Below are positions 26,230 to 34,469 of a DNA stretch of 35,337 nt, piece after piece (the first letter of the stretch is position 1; each line of letters starts with the position of its first letter). The DNA lies in IMG/VR virus record IMGVR_UViG_3300043754_000046, positions 73,981-109,317 of that record, one strand, 5' to 3'. Both the position numbers and the translations under genes were made by a program. The stretch is from a virus. A model generated the notes under the pieces. It was given only the letters and a program-made list of their open reading frames with translations. It was not told where the DNA came from and did no database searches.

Positions 26230-26276
26230 CCCCGGCCGTAATCACGCGGCTCCCATGTGCAATGCATGGGCGGGGG
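26230..26276 (+). ncRNA. Mini-tRNA-like element 18
   Basis: CCCCG/CGGGG-GC; GCCG/CGGC; CCCATG-TGCAATG-CATGGG. Confidence 0.65.
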
Positions 26277-26329
26277 CTGGGCTGATCCGATGCCCTGAAA
26301 ATCGGATACCAGAAAGGGGAGTACTGGTT

Positions 26330-27028
26330 TTGCCTGTCTTCTATGTCTACGTCCACAACGGCGAGGCGTACTCCACAGACGATATGGAGTGCTCACCCAG
26401 TGCCGCAGTCGTGAAACGAGAGTTCGCTTCACGCGTGCGATCCGGTAAGGGAAAATCCTGCTACGTCTTGGATCTGGATGAAATAACTCCCGAGACGGTG
26501 AGGAAAACCTCCGAAGAGGAAGCATGGCCGGAGGCATCGGACCGCGCCTGCATGGTGGTGTGGCGGACTCAAAAATGGGAGACGCCCACTGGTCATCCGG
26601 ATGAGATGTGGCTCTTCAGCGGAAATGTTGACAGACCCACGATCATTCCGGCGGAGATTCCCGAGATAAAGCCGGTCCCGACGTCCGACATGCGTGTCTC
26701 GAAGGACGTATTCCAGCGTCGCGTGAATATGGGATGGGACCCTGAGCGGGCTCGCACGACGCCTCTCGGTAACAGGGCGGGCAGTGTGCAAGGGAAGTTC
26801 ACCCCCAGCCTTCGTCATGCTGACCATCAAGTCGATGACACATCCGTCAGGCTCACGGCTGGGATGGCCCCCGAGGTTTTCACCGCCTTTGGGATGACTC
26901 GGTCGATTGCTGAGTGGAAGGATCTGACGGGGATCAGCGAGAACGCGCTGAGAGTCGGAGCCAGGAAGCACGGCATGGAGGGATACCTCAAGAAGAAGCA
27001 GTGGCATCCCCGCTGGGGGAAGCCGTAG
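26330..27028 (+). CDS. Putative DNA-binding protein (HNH-associated HTH-like repeats)
   Basis: TTG start after GAAAGGGGAG; FQRRVNMGWDPERARTTP and AFGMTRSIAEWKDLTGISENALR. Confidence 0.7.
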   Translation: MPVFYVYVHNGEAYSTDDMECSPSAAVVKREFASRVRSGKGKSCYVLDLDEITPETVRKTSEEEAWPEASDRACMVVWRTQKWETPTGHPDEMWLFSGNVDRPTIIPAEIPEIKPVPTSDMRVSKDVFQRRVNMGWDPERARTTPLGNRAGSVQGKFTPSLRHADHQVDDTSVRLTAGMAPEVFTAFGMTRSIAEWKDLTGISENALRVGARKHGMEGYLKKKQWHPRWGKP

Positions 27029-27035
27029 GACCAAA

Positions 27036-27080
27036 GTCCCGCTAGGTGCGGAAGGAGCGCTGCAAATGCGCTCCGGGACA
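27036..27080 (+). ncRNA. Mini-tRNA-like element 19
   Basis: GTCCC/GGGAC-AC; GGAGCGC-TGCAAAT-GCGCTCC. Confidence 0.75.
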
Positions 27081-27122
27081 CGAACTCCCTCGAAATTCGG
27101 GTGGAGTTGGAAAGGGGAGATC

Positions 27123-27533
27123 ATGTACACCGTTGAGAACTGGCGCACTGCGTACGACGAGGTTGAGGGCAACGGCTTCGACCCGATCGACTCTGAGGAG
27201 TCGGCTGGAGCCATGGGCGCTGCCCTGGCCGAGGCCTACGACAAGCTCAAGACCGATGAGTACGCGGTCCTCGCCGCACTCGAAGCCGCAAACCAGCAGT
27301 TCCCGGACGGCTGGGACGTCGACCAGTTCAACAAGGTCGTGGACGGCTTCACGGTCCGCTACGACGACATGAACGAGCCCGTACAGAACTACCTCGATGA
27401 CAACTACCCCGGGGTGCAGATTGAGTGGCTCAAGGACGACGCTCCGGTCTGGGATGGGCCCGTAAGGGACTCCGAGGTGTGGATCGATGACACCGAGATC
27501 CCGGGGATCTACGTCTTCAACAAGGTGCGGTAG
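27123..27533 (+). CDS. Very acidic protein, possibly ArdA-like
   Basis: RBS; D/E-rich; ends GIYVFNK (function tentative). Confidence 0.7.
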   Translation: MYTVENWRTAYDEVEGNGFDPIDSEESAGAMGAALAEAYDKLKTDEYAVLAALEAANQQFPDGWDVDQFNKVVDGFTVRYDDMNEPVQNYLDDNYPGVQIEWLKDDAPVWDGPVRDSEVWIDDTEIPGIYVFNKVR

Positions 27534-27537
27534 GACA

Positions 27538-27578
27538 GCGTGGATGGTCGCAGGGGAGGTCCGACTCCTCCCCCACGC
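27538..27578 (+). ncRNA. Mini-tRNA-like element 20
   Basis: GCGTGG/CCACGC-AC; GGAGG-TCCGACT-CCTCC. Confidence 0.78.
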
Positions 27579-27614
27579 ACAAGCCCGAAGTTCGGGTGAG
27601 GAAAGGGGACAGTT

Positions 27615-27974
27615 ATGGGCACCATGGACATCACACCTGTCACGGACCAGAGGTACCCGCTCAAGATGTGGGCCATCAACCTCGGCATGTGGGAGGTCAC
27701 GGAGGAGAACTGGCCCGAGTTCTTCGTGCGGATCCGCCTGTACGAGGAGCTGGCAGGTGCTCCGATGCTTCAGAACGCGGACACCAATGAGCCGGTCACC
27801 ATCACGCCGGAGCTGGCCAAGCAGCACATCGGGTGCAGCATCGGCGACAAGATGGAGAAGCGCGACGAGTGGTGGCTCCGCATCATGCACCGTCGCGCGC
27901 GGTCGTTGGAGTACGAGGCCCGGGAGTTCGACAGCAGTGTCTTCCCCGTCGCCGAGGACGACGACGAGCTTTAG
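27615..27974 (+). CDS. Hypothetical protein
   Basis: GAAAGGGGA RBS. Confidence 0.8.
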   Translation: MGTMDITPVTDQRYPLKMWAINLGMWEVTEENWPEFFVRIRLYEELAGAPMLQNADTNEPVTITPELAKQHIGCSIGDKMEKRDEWWLRIMHRRARSLEYEAREFDSSVFPVAEDDDEL

Positions 27975-27981
27975 CAAGGCA

Positions 27982-28025
27982 GCCCAGTGAGGAGACACTG
28001 ACCGGTTCGAATCCGGCGCTGGGCA
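27982..28025 (+). ncRNA. Mini-tRNA-like element 21
   Basis: GCCCAGTG/CGCTGGGC-AC; CCGG-TTCGAAT-CCGG. Confidence 0.8.
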
Positions 28026-28066
28026 CGCAATATCGGCCCCGAAATCCGGGGCGGAAAGGGGAGGAA

Positions 28067-28429
28067 ATGAGCGGCGAGATGTGGGGCACTAGCTTCACGC
28101 GTCCGGAGCCGTGGAAGTACACGATCTGCCTCAAGCAGCACCTCGTTGACGACCATGATCCGGAGGGCGAGGAGCTGAAGGAAATCGCTCGCAAGATGGC
28201 GTCTGAGATCCGTCAGGCACGTGACTACCGAACGCCGGAGCAGATGCAGCGAATTCGGGACGGCGAGCTCTACACCAAGTACGACACGCTTGGAAGCGTC
28301 GTTGAGGAGTTGGAGAATGCGTCCGACCTCGCGGACCTCAACTCCGCGTTGAATCTGCTCTACGACTGGGCTGACGAGCATCGCGTATGGATCGGTGGCG
28401 ACCGCAAGGCCGATTTCAGGGAGCGGTGA
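28067..28429 (+). CDS. Phage protein with LYDWAD..RVWI motif
   Basis: RBS before ATG 28067. Confidence 0.8.
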   Translation: MSGEMWGTSFTRPEPWKYTICLKQHLVDDHDPEGEELKEIARKMASEIRQARDYRTPEQMQRIRDGELYTKYDTLGSVVEELENASDLADLNSALNLLYDWADEHRVWIGGDRKADFRER

Positions 28430-28436
28430 GTACGCA

Positions 28437-28485
28437 GTCTCTCTCCCGACATGGTCGGGCATCCGCGTCATGGCGGGGAGAGGCA
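28437..28485 (+). ncRNA. Mini-tRNA-like element 22 (degenerate T-loop)
   Basis: GTCTCTC/GAGAGGC-AC; CCCGAC/GTCGGG; CCGC-GTCATG-GCGG. Confidence 0.6.
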
Positions 28486-28535
28486 CAGGGCTGCCCCGGG
28501 GCCCGAAATCCGGGAAGGAAAGGGGAGGGAAACAA

Positions 28536-28925
28536 ATGGAGACTGAGGACCGCACTCAAGACGTCTGGTTCGCCACGGTCACTCTCAGGAACTCCGAGGG
28601 GCAGACCACCGACACGAAGAAGGGGCTGGTGGATCTGCCCCGAGCGATGCCTGCGAGCGAAGCGGCGAAGTATCTTGTCCGCCTCATCGTCAGGGAGACC
28701 ACACGGTTCGGTGGCCTGTGGTACACCGGCGAGCCTCCGCACGAGGTTCACGCTGTCGCCTGGAGCCGCCGAGACAGTGGCAGTGATCGGTACCAGCGGG
28801 CCGGATCTCTGGCTGAGTACAAGGAAGATCGCGACGCCTACATGCATCCTCCCGTACTGGGAAGCGGATGGCGCGAGGTTGGTGCCCACGAGGGCACATC
28901 CTTCATCGAGCTCGACTGGCAATAG
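28536..28925 (+). CDS. Hypothetical protein
   Basis: RBS before ATG 28536. Confidence 0.75.
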   Translation: METEDRTQDVWFATVTLRNSEGQTTDTKKGLVDLPRAMPASEAAKYLVRLIVRETTRFGGLWYTGEPPHEVHAVAWSRRDSGSDRYQRAGSLAEYKEDRDAYMHPPVLGSGWREVGAHEGTSFIELDWQ

Positions 28926-28932
28926 TGCCATA

Positions 28933-28970
28933 GCTCCGACTGGCGAAGAGGTTCGATTCCTCACGGAGCA
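28933..28970 (+). ncRNA. Mini-tRNA-like element 23 (38 nt, smallest)
   Basis: GCTCCG/CGGAGC-AC; GAGG-TTCGATT-CCTC. Confidence 0.75.
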
Positions 28971-29007
28971 CGAGGGGGTGCACATTCCCCCGGAATTGGG
29001 GAAATTG

Positions 29008-29505
29008 ATGAATAGTCTTGAGCTGCGGACGCTTATCCACACCGCGCTCAATGGGAAGGCAGGTACGCAGTACGGGGACATCCTCACTGTGGATCCCATC
29101 CCACCGGTTCCCGGGAGCCCCGTTCAACTGCGGGTGGCTGCCCCTGATCCGGTCGGTGAGCGGCGGGTCCACGTCGTCTCCGTCGCCGACGAGGCACTGG
29201 AACTGCCCGACCGCAACCCGGCTGTCAAGATGGCTCTCAAAGCGGCTCAGCGACTTGCTGAAGAGGCGCAGAAGCAACGCGCACGGGTTGAGGCACAGGG
29301 CCGGAACCCGGAGCAATCCAAGGGCGTTACCAAGGCCGACGCGGAGTACAACGGGGCACTGACGGTCCTGGCACACGTCCTCGCAGGCGCTGGCGCCGAC
29401 ATCCTCATCGAGGAGCTTCCGTCACTGGAACTGGCCGAGGTATACCTCGGCCAGTGGGATAAGAAGCGTCACGTTGCCGCGTTCAAACGTGCGATGCAGG
29501 ACTAG
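29008..29505 (+). CDS. Hypothetical protein
   Basis: Start placed after element 23. Confidence 0.72.
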   Translation: MNSLELRTLIHTALNGKAGTQYGDILTVDPIPPVPGSPVQLRVAAPDPVGERRVHVVSVADEALELPDRNPAVKMALKAAQRLAEEAQKQRARVEAQGRNPEQSKGVTKADAEYNGALTVLAHVLAGAGADILIEELPSLELAEVYLGQWDKKRHVAAFKRAMQD

Positions 29506-29512
29506 CAGTTCA

Positions 29513-29557
29513 GCCTGCCGCCCGACTTTGCGGGTGGGTTCAAAGCCACGGCAGGCA
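29513..29557 (+). ncRNA. Mini-tRNA-like element 24
   Basis: GCCTGCCG/CGGCAGGC-AC; CCCG/CGGG; GTTCAAAG loop. Confidence 0.65.
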
Positions 29558-29592
29558 CGAGGGCCAATCGGCCCCGAGGAAAGGGGAGGCAG

Positions 29593-29829
29593 ATGGACGA
29601 GGAAGAGCTGAAGTGCCTGGACACGCCCTCCGGCGGCTGCTCCGGCAGCGTCGAGATGCGCTACCCGCTGTCCGGCACGGGCAAGTCGTTCCCGCGCTGC
29701 AACGCGCACTGGGAGAAGCGGCTCGACAAGCAAGAGGAGATCAACCAGAGGTACGCGCCGTTCTCCGACGTTCCGCCCGCTGACTTCGACCCGACGTACG
29801 CGGGCGAACGCTGGGAGGACGACTACTGA
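29593..29829 (+). CDS. Conserved actinophage small protein
   Basis: CSGSVEMR..GKSFPRCNAHW..DFDPTYAGERWEDDY. Confidence 0.82.
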   Translation: MDEEELKCLDTPSGGCSGSVEMRYPLSGTGKSFPRCNAHWEKRLDKQEEINQRYAPFSDVPPADFDPTYAGERWEDDY

Positions 29830-29837
29830 GCAGCACA

Positions 29838-29890
29838 GTCCGCTCCCCCGCATCAGGCGGGCGGCCGTTCGCGACGGCGGGTGGGCACCA
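29838..29890 (+). ncRNA. Mini-tRNA-like element 25 (ACCA end)
   Basis: GTCCGCTC/GGGTGGGC-ACCA; GCCG-TTCGCGA-CGGC. Confidence 0.75.
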
Positions 29891-29932
29891 TGTTCCCGAT
29901 TTTCGGGAGCAGTTGGAGAAGGGGAGGGCCAC

Positions 29933-30028
29933 ATGGCCAAGAACGGCAGCGGCAAGAAGAGCAACAAAAATGGCGGATCCCAGAAGGGATCCGGCAACGG
30001 CTCCGGCCCGCGCACAACCCGTAAGTGA
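29933..30028 (+). CDS. 31-aa Gly/Ser/Lys/Asn-rich microprotein
   Basis: GAAGGGGAGG RBS; MAKNGSGKKSNKNGGSQKGSGNGSGPRTTRK. Confidence 0.65.
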   Translation: MAKNGSGKKSNKNGGSQKGSGNGSGPRTTRK

Positions 30029-30034
30029 GAACTT

Positions 30035-30349
30035 GTGGAACGCATCAGCCGAAAGGCCTGGCAACTCAAGGATCACGAATTGCTGATCACCGCTGGGACG
30101 TATGAGGAGTTCGACCATCCTCGGGAGATCTCTTCGGTAGCGGTGACAGGCCCGGATGTCCGGGTCTCATTCACGGACGGCAGCCAGCACAAGGTATTCA
30201 ACCGGGATGCAGAGGTGTTCATCGTGGACACCTTCCGCTCCCCGAACGTGACGGCGGAGACCAAGGAGTGTGCCAACTGCTCCGATCCGATGCCGAAGGA
30301 CAGCGTGCACACCGAGTGCAGGCGCTGCCGGACGCGTCCACTGGAGTAG
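30035..30349 (+). CDS. Hypothetical protein with C-terminal zinc ribbon
   Basis: CANC..CRRC. Confidence 0.7.
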   Translation: MERISRKAWQLKDHELLITAGTYEEFDHPREISSVAVTGPDVRVSFTDGSQHKVFNRDAEVFIVDTFRSPNVTAETKECANCSDPMPKDSVHTECRRCRTRPLE

Positions 30350-30355
30350 TGGGCA

Positions 30356-30403
30356 GCCCTGACCCGGTAATGCCGGGCTCCCAGCTCACGACTGGGCAGG
30401 GCG
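30356..30403 (+). ncRNA. Mini-tRNA-like element 26
   Basis: GCCCTG/CAGGGC-GC; CCCGG/CCGGG; CCCAG-CTCACGA-CTGGG. Confidence 0.68.
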
Positions 30404-30440
30404 CTGATTCCCGATCCCGGGAGTCTGGAAAGGGGAGGAC

Positions 30441-30800
30441 ATGTATTTGGAAGAGAAGGTCGATAAGATCCTTGAGCTCGTATCCCAGGACCGGAAGCCG
30501 CTCAACTGGAGCGACCTCATGAAGGAAGCGCGGACACTGGCGCCGGACCTCAAGGTCGAGTTTCTTCAGGCCATGGGGTTCACGCGGTCGGGTTCCAGGC
30601 ACACCAGGAGCTGCGCCAGCATTCAGGGCAGCGGGCTCATCTGCACCTGCGTTCAGCCTGAGTCTGAATGGAGCCACCCGAAGGACGTCCGCGAGTTCCT
30701 CCATGAGACGCCGGAGGAGCGCCAGGAGGCCACTCGGAAGCGGATCCGCGCCGAGGAGGACCCCTACGACGCGGACCGGTGGGAGTCCGTGCATGGATGA
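30441..30800 (+). CDS. Hypothetical protein
   Basis: GAAAGGGGAGG RBS. Confidence 0.75.
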   Translation: MYLEEKVDKILELVSQDRKPLNWSDLMKEARTLAPDLKVEFLQAMGFTRSGSRHTRSCASIQGSGLICTCVQPESEWSHPKDVREFLHETPEERQEATRKRIRAEEDPYDADRWESVHG

Positions 30801-31152
30801 GCCTGAATACGACCGATCCTCGATCATCGACAAGGAGACAGGACTTCCTCGTCTCCTTAAAGAGCAGTGCGCCACGTGCGTCTTCCGCTCCGGGAATCTG
30901 ATGCACCTGGACAAGGGGCGTCTGAAGGAGATGATCGACGCAAACAACACCAACGGTTCGTGGATCACGTGCCACGAGACGCTTCCCTGGGGTCACTACC
31001 CCGAATTCGGCGAAGCGATCTGCCGTGGTTACTACGACACCAACGGCGACAACTCGTGGGGCGTGCGTCTGGCCAAGTCCGAGGCCGAGCGTAAGGGTCT
31101 GCCCGGTCTTCCTGAGGTAGATGCACCGCCGGACCCACGAGAGCAGCAGTAA
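30793..31152 (+). CDS. Cys/His zinc-binding hypothetical protein
   Basis: CATCVFR..ITCHET..AICRGY. Confidence 0.78.
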   Translation: MDEPEYDRSSIIDKETGLPRLLKEQCATCVFRSGNLMHLDKGRLKEMIDANNTNGSWITCHETLPWGHYPEFGEAICRGYYDTNGDNSWGVRLAKSEAERKGLPGLPEVDAPPDPREQQ

Positions 31153-31202
31153 GCCCAGCCCCTATTTCGGGGGCCAGCGAGGTTCGAATCCTCGGCTGGG
31201 CA
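31153..31202 (+). ncRNA. Mini-tRNA-like element 27
   Basis: GCCCAGC/GCTGGGC-AC; CGAGG-TTCGAAT-CCTCG (canonical 7+5 bp). Confidence 0.82.
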
Positions 31203-31230
31203 CGCAGTACAACTCAAGAAGGGGAGGGAC

Positions 31231-32205
31231 ATGACTGCACAGGTGATTGACCTGTTCTCGCGGCAGCAGGTCCGGAAGGAGTCCGTACTTTCGGTGGTTC
31301 CCAAGCCGCCGGACTTCGTTCCCGTCTTGTCCGCTGACCAGCTGGTCTCCTACTACCTGCGACGGTTTACAGGAAAGACCGAAACCGAATACACACGGGA
31401 CATGGAGCAGTTCCGTGAGTTCCTTGATGACGCATACGGAATCGACGTGTATGACGTCTTCGAGTATCACGTGGACGACTGGAAATGGTACGGGCTCGAA
31501 GAGCTGAACGGAGCCAAGGCGTCTGTCCGCAGGCGTATGAGCAGCGTTCAGGGCATGTACCGGTACGCGATGGCCTCTGGCTACTTCAACCGGGATCCAT
31601 TCTTCGGGGTGAAGAAGCCCAAGGTCGGCAACAACGTCCAGTACACCGGCCTGAACCTCAGCGACCTCAAGCGCCTGACGTACCACGTACAGAAGGAGTG
31701 CGACCTGCGGACGCAGGTCGTGGTGTTCGGCATGCTGCTGACAGGCCTCAGGGTTTCAGAGCTGCTGAACGTGGACATTGAAGACCGATGGCCTGATGGC
31801 GGTGTGCTGAAGCTGCGTGTGACCCGCAAGGGCGGGAAGCCTGACGCGGTGGAGCTGCCGCGCAAGGTCGCTGGCATGGTCAACGAGCTCGTTGGCGATC
31901 GTTTGACGGGTCCGCTACTCCTCGGAGATCAGGGCAAACGCTTGGCACCACAGGTCGCCTGGCGTATCGTCCGTCGCGTGGGTGATCGCTACCTTCCGGA
32001 CATGGCTGGAAAGCTGCACCCGCACGACGCGAGGCACAGCTTCGTTTCCGGGGTACTCCTGGTGACGGACCACGACCTCAAGGAGGCTCAGTGGCGGGCT
32101 GCCCACGCCGACATGAACAACACAGTGCGCTATGCACATGCCTTGCAGAGGGCGGAGAGCACAACCGTGGAGGAGCTCGCATCCGTCTTCGGCATCGGCG
32201 CCTAG
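31231..32205 (+). CDS. Tyrosine recombinase/integrase (XerC/D-like)
   Basis: Full catalytic set: TGLRVSE, RKGGK, HDARH, AHAD, TVRY; N-terminal core-binding domain. Confidence 0.92.
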   Translation: MTAQVIDLFSRQQVRKESVLSVVPKPPDFVPVLSADQLVSYYLRRFTGKTETEYTRDMEQFREFLDDAYGIDVYDVFEYHVDDWKWYGLEELNGAKASVRRRMSSVQGMYRYAMASGYFNRDPFFGVKKPKVGNNVQYTGLNLSDLKRLTYHVQKECDLRTQVVVFGMLLTGLRVSELLNVDIEDRWPDGGVLKLRVTRKGGKPDAVELPRKVAGMVNELVGDRLTGPLLLGDQGKRLAPQVAWRIVRRVGDRYLPDMAGKLHPHDARHSFVSGVLLVTDHDLKEAQWRAAHADMNNTVRYAHALQRAESTTVEELASVFGIGA

Positions 32206-32211
32206 CTCACA

Positions 32212-32263
32212 ACCTGGTCCCGTAATTCGGCGGGCAGGCGGGGTTCGAATCCCCGGCCAGGTG
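32212..32263 (+). ncRNA. Mini-tRNA-like element 28
   Basis: ACCTGGT/GCCAGGT-GC; CGGGG-TTCGAAT-CCCCG. Confidence 0.8.
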
Positions 32264-32288
32264 CGCACAGGAGTATGGGGAGGCGTGC

Positions 32289-32780
32289 ATGAGTAAGAGT
32301 GAAGTGGATGATGGCCTTCGTGGCGTGATGACGTTCAAAGACCGTTCCGAAGCTGATGATTTCATACTCGACCTGCCGAAGATCCTGAGGGAACTCAAGC
32401 TGGATTACCGGTTCGACACGGTGTGGGCTCCTCGCGTGGTTACGGAAAGATGGCAACGCGGTCGTAACGCTAGAATCTCTAGCATTTACTACGAAGTCTG
32501 CATGCGGGACAAGTTCCCTGACGCAGCACCGCCCAACATTACTGCGAATGACATCTCCGCAGCATGGCGCCGCGTAAAATACCTCGACCAGCTTCCTGAC
32601 GTAGGCAGGCAGCAGAGCAAGGGGAGAGGCCAGCAGTACGAGGCCCTCGGCCAGCGCATGACCATTGCCCAGTGGGCACGCGCAATTGGGGTTACTCCTT
32701 CCGCGCTGAGCCAGCGCCTCAAAACAGGGCAGACCATGGAGGATGCAATTAAAGCTATTGCGCTAAGAAAATCGGCTTAA
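32289..32780 (+). CDS. Putative HTH DNA-binding protein
   Basis: GQRMTIAQWARAIGVTPSALSQRLKTG. Confidence 0.75.
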   Translation: MSKSEVDDGLRGVMTFKDRSEADDFILDLPKILRELKLDYRFDTVWAPRVVTERWQRGRNARISSIYYEVCMRDKFPDAAPPNITANDISAAWRRVKYLDQLPDVGRQQSKGRGQQYEALGQRMTIAQWARAIGVTPSALSQRLKTGQTMEDAIKAIALRKSA

Positions 32781-32803
32781 CAGCCTGGGCCCTGTGCCCA
32801 CCA

Positions 32804-32849
32804 GGCCCACCACTCAGCTTTGGAATCCCCTTTCCCTGAGTGGTGGGTC
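32804..32849 (+). other. 14-bp hairpin whose loop is antisense to the array RBS
   Basis: GGCCCACCACTCAG/CTGAGTGGTGGGTC; loop contains ATCCCCTTTCC. Confidence 0.55.
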
Positions 32850-32893
32850 CGGTGGTTTCAGGGAACTGTGCAGAAAGGAATACAGAAGTGACA

Positions 32894-33193
32894 ATGCGCA
32901 AGGTCGCCTTGCCCGTGGACGTCGTAAGCGGCTTGATTGAAGGCGACGCGATGGCTAATCAGTACTCCGAGATCGATATGACCGCGCACACGCTACTCCG
33001 CGACGCGCTGAGGTCCATGCAGCCCTACAAGCAGATCCTCGCCCTTGAAGCAGACGAGAAGCTGCTCCGGCACATTGCCGACTACCTTGACGGCCTGTGC
33101 GAACCGGGTTACCCGACGAAGGACCGCTTCGGATTTCAGAAGGCCGCCGCCCGGCAGGCATGTGAGCTGATGCTGTTCCAGCTCGACCAATAG
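32894..33193 (+). CDS. Hypothetical protein (start GTG 32888 or ATG 32894)
   Basis: GAAAGGAA RBS. Confidence 0.72.
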   Translation: MRKVALPVDVVSGLIEGDAMANQYSEIDMTAHTLLRDALRSMQPYKQILALEADEKLLRHIADYLDGLCEPGYPTKDRFGFQKAAARQACELMLFQLDQ

Positions 33194-33199
33194 TGGTAA

Positions 33200-33249
33200 G
33201 CCCAGCCCAGATTTCGGGGGCCCTGAGGGTTCGAGTCCCTCGCTGGGTA
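33200..33249 (+). ncRNA. Mini-tRNA-like element 29
   Basis: GCCCAGC/GCTGGGT-AC; GAGGG-TTCGAGT-CCCTC. Confidence 0.8.
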
Positions 33250-33272
33250 CGCACACGGAAAGGAAGATAAGA

Positions 33273-34361
33273 GTGGGTGTTGTTAAGCCCTCCGAGTTGC
33301 CCGATTTCCGGCGGAAGACAATTCGCTGGCTGGACGATTACGGCGCTCGCATCTGGCAAGTCGGACATGAGGGGCATAATCCGTACTACATTCCGCCGGA
33401 CCTTCAGGGCCTGCCCAACGAAGTCGTCTTCCCGGAACTGGTGGCGCGGACGCGTAGGACTTTGGCGCAGGCTCGCCTGTATGCGGTGACGGAGGAAATG
33501 ACATACCTGGCTCTCAAGACGGGAATGCCGCGCTGTCACGTGCCTAGCGACATCCTTCCTCATGATGAGGGGATTGTTGTTTGGGCGAAACCGATTGGCA
33601 CCGCCGAAGATTTCACTCCCCCACTGATTACTCATGGGGATGAAGTATTGGGCATGGTGGTCAGCGAGTGGTGGACACGCATGGACCTTGACCAGTCCAT
33701 TCCTGTGGTTGCCGCATCCTGGAAGGTCGTACCGGAGCGGAACGAGGTATTCGTGTGGTTCTACACGCTTCGCAGCGATCTGGCACGAAAACAGCGTCTG
33801 ACCGGTAGGGAATACGAAGAGTGGGCACAGTACGCGCCGCCCATGATGTTTGAGCGGGAACAGGTGATCCCCCTCGATCGAGAAATCGCCTGGTTCACAT
33901 CCGAGGATGAGGAACGGCTCCGCCTGAGCGCTTATGCCGCGATGACGTCTGACACGGAACTGCGCAGGAAAAGGGATCTCAACGTGCTCCCGATGATGGA
34001 GCAGATGACCAAGGCTTTGGTCGCGACCTGGCACCTCATGGCTTCCAAGATGGCATCCAGGTCGACCATTCCCACCGATGGCAAGACTCGACGCGCCGAG
34101 CGACGGGAAGGCGTATCCACCAACTCCAGTTCGGTTGGCGTGCAGGTAATCAAACTTGGCAGCAAGATCCGCACTCAGAAGCCACGTGAGGGTGAGCCAG
34201 CCTTCCGATGGAAGAAGCGGCGGATCGTCGGGCCCTTCGTGCGGCAACAGTGGTACCCGTCCGAAGAGACGCACAAGCCCAAGCTCATCGAGCCGTACGT
34301 TGCAGGACCTGAGGGAGCTCCAATCAGCAACGCCGAGAAGGTCTACCTCTTGAGCGAATAG
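33273..34361 (+). CDS. Conserved actinophage hypothetical protein
   Basis: C-terminal RRIVGPFVRQQWYPS..H.PKLIEPYVAGPEGAP motif. Confidence 0.82.
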   Translation: MGVVKPSELPDFRRKTIRWLDDYGARIWQVGHEGHNPYYIPPDLQGLPNEVVFPELVARTRRTLAQARLYAVTEEMTYLALKTGMPRCHVPSDILPHDEGIVVWAKPIGTAEDFTPPLITHGDEVLGMVVSEWWTRMDLDQSIPVVAASWKVVPERNEVFVWFYTLRSDLARKQRLTGREYEEWAQYAPPMMFEREQVIPLDREIAWFTSEDEERLRLSAYAAMTSDTELRRKRDLNVLPMMEQMTKALVATWHLMASKMASRSTIPTDGKTRRAERREGVSTNSSSVGVQVIKLGSKIRTQKPREGEPAFRWKKRRIVGPFVRQQWYPSEETHKPKLIEPYVAGPEGAPISNAEKVYLLSE

Positions 34362-34384
34362 CAGGACACGAAATCTGCCATCAC

Positions 34385-34432
34385 CCTGCTCCCCCGCTTT
34401 TGGCGGGCGCCGGTTCATGACCGAGAGCAGGA
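34385..34432 (+). ncRNA. Mini-tRNA-like element 30
   Basis: CCTGCTC/GAGCAGG-AC; CCCGC/GCGGG; CGG-TTCATGA-CCG. Confidence 0.72.
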
Positions 34433-34469
34433 CTGAGCTATGCAGCACCATCATGAGGAAGGGAATGTC

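Noticed and set aside
19036-33249. Functional decoding tRNA genes
   Set aside because: Elements are 38-56 nt and lack an anticodon arm.
32955-34454. 499-aa minus-strand ORF and other long antisense ORFs (27042..27998, 24853..25764, 9396..10304, 2701..3474)
   Set aside because: Shadow ORFs of GC-rich genes on the opposite strand; they cross RNA elements and show no recognisable motifs.
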